Shown here: in pieces, positions 1 to 9,613 of the stretch | Layout: each line of letters opens with the position of its first letter | How positions within the stretch are numbered: the stretch's first letter is position 1 | Assembly (NCBI GenBank): GCA_951406725.2 | Contig: CATOCA020000052.1 | Location: 1 to 12,937, forward strand | Length of the DNA: 12,937 nt | Direction: 5' to 3' | Origin: Octopus vulgaris | Lineage: Eukaryota | Notes under the pieces: model-generated | Databases searched by the model: none | Seen by the model: only the letters and a program-made list of their open reading frames with translations | What the model was told of the DNA's origin: nothing | Position numbers and translations under genes: made by a program

Positions 1-94
1 CAGTGAACATGTATACATCCTCTCCTCAGACCGACGGACTCAGAACGAAGAAAGCGGAATGGACAGTATGAAACGGCTTTCAGGGGAGAATATA

Positions 95-500
95 AGTACG
101 TATCTTTGTCAAGGCAAGTAACGTGGATAATTTGAATGCAGAAGTCTTGAGGAAGTGGGAAGAATTGGAGCTACCATGCTTTTGGACGGATAATGTATGT
201 TAACTAGAAAGACAAAGTACAAATATATTCGGAGAGAATCTGGGCAGAAGATTGCAATTAAATGTTGCGTGCAAGAAATAAGATTGCGCTGATGTTGACA
301 TCTGATGATGACAGGTGTATAATGAAGTGCTGATTATTTAATCTGCAAGGAGCTTGCAGAAGTGGGAGATGCAAGACCACATAAAACGAAGTGGTGAATG
401 TTGTTCTCATGAACTGGAACATCACGAAGGAGATTACAAAACGTTGAGATCACCGGTTATATGCAGTCCACCAGGAGACCCACCAACATCAGCAAAACTG
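95..500 (+). mobile_element. Heavily degraded RTE-type LINE remnant (ORF2 C-terminal region)
   Basis: Manual translation across stops and frameshifts gives LNAEVLRKWEE..WTDNVC*LERQSTNIFGENLG / IKCCVQEIRLR*C*HLM / DDDRCIMKC*LFNLQGACRSGRCKTT*NEVV..ITKR*DHRLYAV. This is collinear with the typical RTE C-terminus (RRLRWxGHVxRM...EGxxxRGRPRKTWxEVV...DRxxWR). Boundaries are approximate. Confidence 0.7.
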
Positions 501-719
501 CCGTCCTGTCAATACAACTTGCGTATATACACACGCAACTGGCTCTCGCAAGCAGTTTTCTTATTAAGGTATTCTACCACATATCACCTCCCTAATTGCA
601 GTATTGCTCGGCCGTAATCAAATGTAAGCAGTACAACATAATTCACTATTTCCCTTGATACAGCTTTCTCTTATTACAGGGAATCGTTTCAGTTACCATC
701 CAACATTAATGCTTAATAC

Positions 720-1145
720 TGATCTCTCCACCCGCTGTTTACATTGTTTAACCATCAACTATATGTCCTCATTTACATCATTCACCCGCTTACATCCTTA
801 AAGTTGCTCTTTAACGTTCTTTTTTTCTGCACTGACATAGATTTTCTGCTCCCGAAACATCCTCATCGGGCCTTCCACCTCCTATCCCCCATCCACTTAC
901 ACCTCAACCCTATGCAATTCCTACTTATCACCTATTAATCCCAAAAGTCCTCTTAATCCTTATACCTCGTTAAACCATTCGCCATCTTTTACCATTACAC
1001 TCTCCCAATCCCTCTCCACACACACACTCCTCCTTTCCCACTTACCCCTCGCATCTGCTCAAGCTGACGACTCAGCATCACTTATCTATCTCCAGCTCCA
1101 CCCTGGCCATTCCCACCTATTTTTCTCCAAAACGAATCCACACAT
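720..1145. other. Pyrimidine(C/T)-rich, G-poor low-complexity tract, possibly the decayed 3' region of the upstream LINE
   Basis: Strong C/T skew is visible on the + strand (e.g. cctctccacacacacactcctcctttcccacttacccctc). The link to the LINE is inferred from adjacency only. Confidence 0.35.
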
Positions 1146-1285
1146 TACAGAGAAGTCAGTGCGAGAATATTCAAAATATGTTCTGTTCCGGTTCGTTGTG
1201 TTATACTTTAAGCCTCTCATCTCTCAGCACAAGGCCGTTTTCCTATCAACAGTAGTACAGTCAGACTCTCGGCTTGTCTATCTGC

Positions 1286-1302
1286 CTCTCTCTCTCTCTC
1301 TG

Positions 1303-1363
<61 letters not shown>

Positions 1364-1366
1364 ATA
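1286..1366. repeat. Compound microsatellite (CT)n-(TA)n
   Basis: Directly visible. Confidence 0.95.
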
Positions 1367-1426
1367 ATAAATCTCTGGGGCTACAAGCTACAGGGTTAGC
1401 CACAATTAGGTGGCAAGAATACTACA

Positions 1427-1428
<2 letters not shown>

Positions 1429-1490
<62 letters not shown>
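1429..1490. repeat. Compound microsatellite (AT)n-(GT)n
   Basis: Directly visible. Confidence 0.95.
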
Positions 1491-1491
<1 letters not shown>

Positions 1492-3351
1492 ACATAAAAC
1501 GTATGTCTTTGTGTGCGTAAAATGCATATTTGTCCTTTAATTAATTCTCGTCGCCATGGATGTAATTTTACATTATCTATATTGATAACATTTTATGTAT
1601 AATTCGTGCGTCTACTCGTTTGTAGGTTCTTTTTCAACTCAGTACCGGCATATCTCGAAATAATTGATTATCCAATCAATTTTATTTTCCCACACCAGCA
1701 TTGAACAGTCATCTGTTTATTCAAGGATACATTCATCACAGTTTCTGCGAACGAACTAAAATTTCTCTTCTGCTCATGATGAGATCATAATGAGGTCAGT
1801 CTCCGCTGATTCAAAAGACGTGTATCTCACGAAACGTAAGCATATTATATTTGCAACAAAGTCAGATTCATGAAATTAAAGGGTTGTAAAGTAACAGTTA
1901 GTTTCTACAGCATTGCTTAAAATTGTGTTCTACCAACAGCGAAAGCGGGTGGGGATGGCTGTGTAGAGGTATGTAAAAAAAAGCGACAAAATTAATTTCG
2001 GGTAATGTACCTCAAACAGCGTGAATCATGTTACAATCATCTAAGGGTCAGATGTTTTTATTAAGCCGAACAATATTAAGTCTCCGAACAAAGAATAGGG
2101 ATGTTCGACTCCACCGATGTCCATTCAGGACTCACTATGAACGTTCAACTTTTTAGGCAACAGAAGGCTCTAAGATACATTTATTCAAGGGACAAGGTAT
2201 TGGAATCCTTTGATTATCCCCTTCTGTAACCCGTTAAATATTCATATTAGAGAGAAAAGAGTAGAGTTTTGTAAACTGATGTTGTAGCCGTCTTGTTCTG
2301 GATCAACAATGAAGGAACATACCGAAAGAAATTTCAAAGATTTTCGAAACTTCTTGGCGACATAACAGCATGATTTAACAACATCTGGTCCTAAATTCTA
2401 GCAGATCGAATCGTCACCCATACTCACGCTTTTTCTATAATGTACTTCAACAAAATTTCCGCGTGAACTTCCAGTCTCAATCTTCTCTCATTTCTATCTG
2501 AATCCCATTACGTCGTCTCTCTCCACTTCTTCCTCTTTTTTTCCTTCTCTACCCCGCTCCTCTCTCTCTCCCTCTGTTCCGAACCCTTCAGTGCAGTGTT
2601 CTATGTTGTGCTATTTAGTTTCTTTGATACGTAGGCACAGAGAAATTGCTGCTACTTTCTCTGGCTGAATTTTTTCATTTATTTACAGTGATTCCTTTAA
2701 AAGGAACAAAATTTGCCGGCAGTTTTGAATGTTTTAGGTTGGTCTTTTCCTCTTTCATATCTTTTATATCCACGACCCCTAGTATATCAGTTTATTATTC
2801 CACGTGATATCAGATTCTTACTCATATCTTGGCTGTTTCACAACACATTGTTGATATTTCTCAAACGCTTTTCTCTTAATAGTTTCTTGTGAATACTAAA
2901 CTAAAACATTTATTACAGTTGGATCGCGACACATTGATGCTTAATAGCCAGAGTTTAAATCTATTTAGAACATCAAAGAATACGTGCTTGTGCTGAATTC
3001 GTCTCCATAGCGGAATACTGTAAGATCCATGGTGACATAATGGTTTGTAATCCTTGAATAAAGTTTAGTGTTTTTGTATTGTTGCACTTAAATATTGTAA
3101 ATCCTTAGTTCAATCAGAAAAACAGACATTAATTTTCTGTTTCTGAAGCAGACATCCTGTCCCTCCCAGACTCCACAGTATATCGCTGTTCACAATGATT
3201 TTCATTTAGATTCTTGAGTCTAAATATATCCATAACACAGGACCTCTATGGACATCCTGTTTTTGCCCCGAGATAGTCGGGAATTTACAACGCTCAGATA
3301 AATTACTTGTTATGGTAATAATATGTTTGTTAACAACTATTATTTTTGTTT

Positions 3352-3398
3352 TATATATATATATATATGTATGTGTGTGTGAGTGTGTGTGTATATAA

Positions 3399-3479
<81 letters not shown>

Positions 3480-3519
3480 TGTGTGTATATATATGTATAT
3501 ATGCGTATATGTGTGTATA
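3352..3519. repeat. Compound microsatellite (TA)n/(TG)n
   Basis: Directly visible. It generates the HT/VC-rich artefact ORFs. Confidence 0.95.
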
Positions 3520-3526
3520 AAGAGAG

Positions 3527-3710
3527 AAAAAGCTGTTATTCACCCCTGAATCCGCCACGATTTGGAAAGTGATTGTACTTGACATTATACGACATATATA
3601 TGTGGGAGGGGGTGCGTGTATGGGCGTGCGTGTGTGTGTGTGTGTCGTGTAATGCTAAGTCCAACCAGATTCAAAATCGTAGCGGATTCAGAGGTAAATA
3701 ACAGCTTTTC
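3527..3710. repeat. Inverted repeat: arms 3527-3596 and 3641-3710, 44-nt spacer
   Basis: Ungapped manual alignment of arm 1 with the reverse complement of arm 2 gives 57/70 identities (aaaagctgttattYaccYctgaatccgcYacgattt...catta.acgaca). Confidence 0.9.
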
Positions 3711-3831
3711 TCTCTCTTTTGAATTACAGGTGAAACACTTAGGACTTTCATAAATTATTGTAAATTTCTCGTTATGCTTTACTAGTAACATGACTTTACA
3801 GAAGGATTTATCAACCTTAAATCCGCAACTG
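3677..3831. mobile_element. Possible degenerate MITE / non-autonomous DNA transposon (~155 bp) with CAGTGGCGGATT-type TIRs
   Basis: The left end tcgtagcggattcagagg and the right end ccttaaatccgcaactg (reverse complement cagttgcggatttaagg) are imperfect inverted termini resembling hAT-like MITE ends. No TSD is recognisable. Confidence 0.4.
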
Positions 3832-4021
3832 AATTATCAAACCATTCGTCCTGAGTGCCTGGTCTTTGATTTGAACTTCTCTGTTTCTACGATAGGAAGT
3901 TCCACCTTCACCACGAAATGTCAATGTTTGATGAAATTAAGTTTTGTATTCACATCTTTTGCACAAAATAAATTTACTTTAAAAACTTGAAATTTTCCGG
4001 ATATAATTTCCATTCCATAGC

Positions 4022-4215
4022 AATTGAATTTTCAAATATTCGTCTAGTTTTACCGTTTAATCTTTCATCTGTGTTTAAACTCAATTATTGCTGTCTCAAA
4101 TTCTTGACGTCTCTTTTCAATTTCTTAATAACTCTAAGGTGATTTATCCCAGCTTTCCACTAGTTTGGGTCAAGAAATGTGTTTTGTGGTCATTTTGCAA
4201 AATGTTAAGGATTTC
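4022..4215 (+). repeat. Dispersed repeat, copy A (unknown family)
   Basis: Aligns to 6163-6322. Core 4055-4104 vs 6197-6246 is 47/50 identical. Confidence 0.88.
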
Positions 4216-4738
4216 TGCAAATTTATCCTAAAGTGGAAAAACCAGGACAATTGTATTATAATGTGATATGTTACAGAATATATAAATGATAAAAATGATA
4301 ATCTCTGGCTACTGAAATAGCTTTAAGAAAAGCAAAAAGAGCGAAGTTGTAATCTTCATTAGAACGTTATATCCTTTGACATTATATTCCGTGATGAATT
4401 ACGTACACTAGCCCAGAATATGCAGCGGGGGTATCAAACAGGTTAGGTCATTTGAAACCCAGATATTATTTGGAGGTTATTACGGGCTGCTGTATTAGCA
4501 ACAGGGATACTCTGGCATGAATGAGAAACCAGGGTTACTAGAAACTTGGTGGTATAGTAAAAATGTAATATGACTGATCGAAAACGAACATTAGTAGAGC
4601 ACAAGTCTTTTGTGAGAAATGTAAAATGGAAAGACTGTTTCGCTGATAACATTCTGCAGGAAACGTGTGAGCAATGGTTGGTCAGCTAAATTTGATATAT
4701 GAAGTTCACCGTCTTAACCTTCTCTGGGTCCATGCATA

Positions 4739-4739
<1 letters not shown>

Positions 4740-4803
<64 letters not shown>

Positions 4804-4834
4804 ATGAAATTATGACAGTATAGATACATATAAC

Positions 4835-4869
<35 letters not shown>

Positions 4870-4896
4870 GTAGTATGTATGCATATGTATGTATAT
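4740..4896. repeat. Microsatellite cluster (AC)n-(AT)n and (TA)n-(TATG)n
   Basis: Directly visible as two tracts (4740-4803 and 4836-4896). Confidence 0.92.
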
Positions 4897-5170
4897 TTTC
4901 GTCATAGTTTCCATATTTTAGTACTAATATTGAGAAATATCATTCGTTATTTGGAAGTATTTTCCTTATCTTTCTTAAGCTGTCAAACACTATTTGTGCC
5001 GTTTGTATAATTAACTTTTTCAAGACGAAGAGGTAAACTCATTGACGTTTACAATCGATATTCTTATGTATAATAAAACTATATATTTCGAAATCGATAT
5101 TTTTAAGTATAATAAAGAAATACATTAGGTGTAATTTGCTGGTTAATTTCACATCTAGCTTTAAATTGCT

Positions 5171-5172
<2 letters not shown>

Positions 5173-5209
<37 letters not shown>
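5173..5209. repeat. (CT)n microsatellite
   Basis: Directly visible. Confidence 0.95.
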
Positions 5210-5212
<3 letters not shown>

Positions 5213-5799
5213 CGACTTATCTGTCTATTAGGCAATATTTATCACCTTATTTTCTATGAGTAAATTGTATTAAGGAACGGTTAAATGCAGCGTTTTATAT
5301 TTAATTTATAGTCCATACTCTTATATCTAATAAATATAAATTATGAATTGCATACGAAATTTTAAGCCCCTTTAAATCAATTTTTCTCGCAAATATGTTT
5401 AAATATACACCTAAAAATATATAAAACATTTAGCCTTTAATTAATTGACTCACATAAACGTCCATAGATTTTTGCCGTATGCCAGTTAAAATGATTTTTT
5501 TTTCATCTGAGAAGAAGGTAATAAAATTAATGAGGCAGAAGTACCTGTTGCTGATAGTAACGCTACGTGAAAGATGGGATACGGGTGATGAGAATAGGAA
5601 TAAATGGAAGACCAGTATTGTCATGAACAAGGGGACCTGCTGAAGAACAACATTGTTTGTAGACTCTTCCATTACATTAGAGGTGTTAGAAATGCGTGCA
5701 AATTTCATACATACATTACACATAGCTATATATTTCCTACATATGGTGAATAGTTTAGCCGCCACTCGCAAAGTGAATGTGACACAGCCAGTAACACGC

Positions 5800-5979
5800 T
5801 TAAACAAAAGCCTGTGAAGCTGTGAGCAGAGATTGAAACACTCTCCGCCATCGTGCATTCCACTAGACTAGGTTTAAGCAACGGAAAACGAAGCTTTTGT
5901 GCAAGTCCATAATGTTCCAGCCTGTCTCGGAATTGAAACCATGATTTTATGACCTAGACGCTTAGATTCGCCTCTTCAC
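5800..5979 (-). mobile_element. Degenerate tRNA-derived SINE remnant
   Basis: The minus strand has a Pol III B-box-like GGTTTCAATTCC (5929-5940) followed by ...ggacttgcacaaaagcttc, resembling the ccttgggcaagncactt SINE core. The start is gtgaagaggcg, similar to SINE 5' ends. The 3' boundary is uncertain. Confidence 0.5.
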
Positions 5980-6162
5980 TGATGCTAAGCGTACACTAGT
6001 AATAAAATTGCTATGGAAAACTGATGCAGTTTGTGACACGTGAGAGTAGCAGAAAAACAAAAGCGGTGGATTACAAAAAACTATGTCTTGTGATGCTTTG
6101 TCACGTGTTTCCGTCGTGAGTTGTAAATCTACCTGACTGTACAGCCTGTAGAAACTCTTAAA

Positions 6163-6322
6163 TAATTCAATTTTCGAATAATCTTCCAGTCTTCCGGTTT
6201 AATTTTTCATCTGTGTTTAAACTTAATTATTGCAGTCTCAAATTCTCGCCCTCTCTTTTTAAATTCATGGTGCTTGTAAGGAATTGTATTTTGTGATCAT
6301 TTCGCATAATGTTAAGCGTTTC
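6163..6322 (+). repeat. Dispersed repeat, copy B (lacks ~33 nt relative to copy A)
   Basis: Direct-orientation match to 4022-4215, with an internal indel between ..taagg and aattgtattttgtg.. Confidence 0.88.
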
Positions 6323-7191
6323 AAGAAAGACAATATGTATCACCAAATAATACGGATAATTTTAAAAGCAACGTCTCTTTTCCCAAACTCAAGCTCTATG
6401 CGTAGGTTAGAAACAAATATTAACAAAATATAGTAGAAATGTAAACATTTGAGCGTATATGTCTGCTGGTATTTAATGACATTTCTTTGATAGTTGATTT
6501 CTTTGACGTATTAAAGAGGAACCATTGCGACAAAATCATGTGAAGGCTGTATAAAATTTAATTTTAACTACGATGTCGCTCAGATATTACGTAATGAAAA
6601 ATAATGATCAAAGTTGTGTACAATACAACAGATGAATTTTGAAATGCTGCGTAAGATCGCTTCATTGTTATCGTTATATTGAATTATTTGCCACACTGGT
6701 CAGGTATTGCAGGTTGCAATCAGATGAAATTGGAAAAGTGAAAGCATGAAATCAATTGATATTATCGATAAGATGATATTTATCAATGCACACAGAAAAT
6801 GAATTTTAGATCGAATCGATCGGAAAAATTGTATCGAGAACCATATACAATCGCACACACATATGCAGTGCGCCTTCCTGAGTGTACACATAAATATGGA
6901 TGTACATGTGCATATATATAGATTAATGTTTGTACAGGCGCATTAGAGTGATGTAGTTTAAATAATAATCTAAAAGTGGTTAATATAGAGATGATTGATA
7001 TATAAAGGAGACTTTCTAGTCGCGTGAAGCTTCATCTTGAAACCACCGCGTTTGAAAATATCTTAATAACGTTGATTAAATTATTTGAAAACGTGTTTAA
7101 CTTTCATCATCTCATTTTTCAGTTTGCAACACACATTTGGGGACTTCAATGTCTAAGTCGTTTTCTGTGTATATTTATTTTGTAAACTCCT

Positions 7192-7542
7192 GACAATGGA
7201 ATTTACCATGCTACGCCAGACTTCACGGTCCATCATAGCATTACGGAGGTCCTGTTGCTGGATGCCTGTATCCCTGGAGATTACATCAGGGTAGGAGTGT
7301 GTGCGCCCTCTGGTATTGCGAGTAGATGGCTTCCAGAGGAGAAGAGAAGAAATTATTTCTTTTTCAGCTCTACAACAATGTCCAGCAAACTGGACTCTCT
7401 TACCTTTCACAAGAGATGACACAAGTGGTAGTTACCCATATATTTGCATTTTGGTTGGATGGCGCTTCCACGAGAGATTTTGAGCTCTCATAAGGAGGCG
7501 AGTGTAGGTTCCATCCAACCGCCTCTCAAGCTTCTTTGATAA
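7192..7542 (-). mobile_element. RTE-type LINE fragment (ORF2 C-terminus), one in-frame stop
   Basis: ORFs 7432..7617 and 7153..7422 are in the same frame, separated by TAA at 7432-7434. Joined peptide: LSKKLERRLDGTYTRLLMRAQNLSWKRHPTKMQIYG*LPLVSSLVKGKRVQFAGHCCRAEKEIISSLLLWKP...RGRTHSYPDVISRDTG...AMMDREVWRSMV. This contains the RxxFAGHCxR / LLW.P / RGR / M.DR..W motifs of RTE-group ORF2 ends. Confidence 0.88.
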
Positions 7543-7671
7543 CACTGTAGAGAACACTGCTAAAGTATATTTTGTTTCCTGTGGAAATCGATGGTCAGAC
7601 GTAATTCTTGTGGACAATAATCCGAATGTCTTTGTATCTAGATGTTTATGATATGTAATTATAGTAATATA

Positions 7672-8037
7672 GGCGCAGGAGTGGTTGTGTGCAAAGTAGC
7701 TGGCTTAACAACCACATGGTTCCGGATTCAGTCCTACCGTGCGGCACCTTGGGCAAGTGACTTCTACTATAGCTTCGGACCAACCAAAGTCTTGTGAGTG
7801 CATTTGGTAGACGTAAACTGAAAGAAAACCATTGTGTGTGTGTGCGTGTGTTTGGCCCCCAACATTGCTTGGCAAACGATGCTGGTGTGTTTACGTTCCC
7901 GAAACTTGGCTTTTCGGCAAAACAGAACGATAGAATTAGGCTTAGAAGGTATAAGTCCTGGGGGCGGTTTGCTTGACTATAGGCGGTGCTCCAGCATCGC
8001 CGCAGTCAAATGATTGAAATGTGTAAAGAATAAATGA

Positions 8038-8040
<3 letters not shown>
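7672..8040 (+). mobile_element. Near full-length tRNA-derived SINE (CORE-like domain; Octopus-type family)
   Basis: 5' ggcgcaggagtggttgtgtg (A-box-like), ggattcagtcct (B-box-like), caccttgggcaagtgactt (CORE-like), an internal (TG)n, a LINE-like 3' end ggcggtgctccagcatcgccgcagtc and a gaata(aat)gaata tail, followed by (TA)n. Confidence 0.88.
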
Positions 8041-8042
<2 letters not shown>

Positions 8043-8101
<59 letters not shown>

Positions 8102-8163
8102 GTGTGTAAATGGATGAATGAATTATCCTCTGAATAACGCCTCCGTTCAACTCATTTTATTTA

Positions 8164-8206
<43 letters not shown>
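8043..8206. repeat. Two (TA)n microsatellites (8043-8097, 8167-8206)
   Basis: Directly visible. Confidence 0.95.
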
Positions 8207-8211
<5 letters not shown>

Positions 8212-8698
8212 AACTCTGTTTTATAATATTTTCCTTGTGCCTATTTCATATATAAATTTCGGTAATTGCCATTATATTTCTTTCGAAAACCATTCCTTTC
8301 AGATTATTTTCCCTATGTACAGTCGCTTGGAATTGTACACATGCATGTAAAATCTGCATATGTAAATAGATTTCGGTTAGATCTACATGAACATTTGCAA
8401 ATACTGATAGCTTAAAACAATTCTGTGATAAATCTCAGGCATTTTAGGATATGTCGTATTTATATTTAATATTTAATTAAGCTAGACACACACAAAAAAA
8501 AGACAAATGTTTAATTTTCTACGTTATAGATTCTACTCTGCTTGTCAAAACTGATAAATTTCATCGATTTCTTTGTATGATGGATACAAACGTACTGGCC
8601 AGTAAGTATCAAATCAGAATAGTTCCGCAAACAGAATAACAAATGGAATAATAATAAAAAAGATAATGCTAATGACGAATATATATGTATGTATATAT

Positions 8699-9613
<915 letters not shown>

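Noticed and set aside
354-617. 87-aa ORF
   Set aside because: Off-frame reading of the degraded RTE remnant.
830-862. Hammerhead-ribozyme-like CTGA...GAAAC (also CTGACGA at ~1064)
   Set aside because: The first lacks the CUGANGA core (it reads CTGACAT) and a clear stem II. The second has no downstream GAAA or closing stems.
1640-1900. Possible DNA-transposon remnant (catatctcgaaa / tatctcacgaaacg motifs)
   Set aside because: No TIR pair or TSD could be found, so there is not enough to call.
3114-3260. Small AT-rich hairpin (3114-3146) and 10-mer gacatcctgt repeated at 3151 and 3251
   Set aside because: Too short. There is no matching opposite TIR or TSD to support an element.
4874-4895. 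tatgtatgcatatgtatgtata resembling the satellite unit
   Set aside because: Low-complexity RY-alternating sequence that lacks the GTC head and the CG. A chance match is likely.
5430-5858. 142-aa minus-strand ORF
   Set aside because: No recognisable domain, and it partly overlaps a decayed SINE. Probably random.
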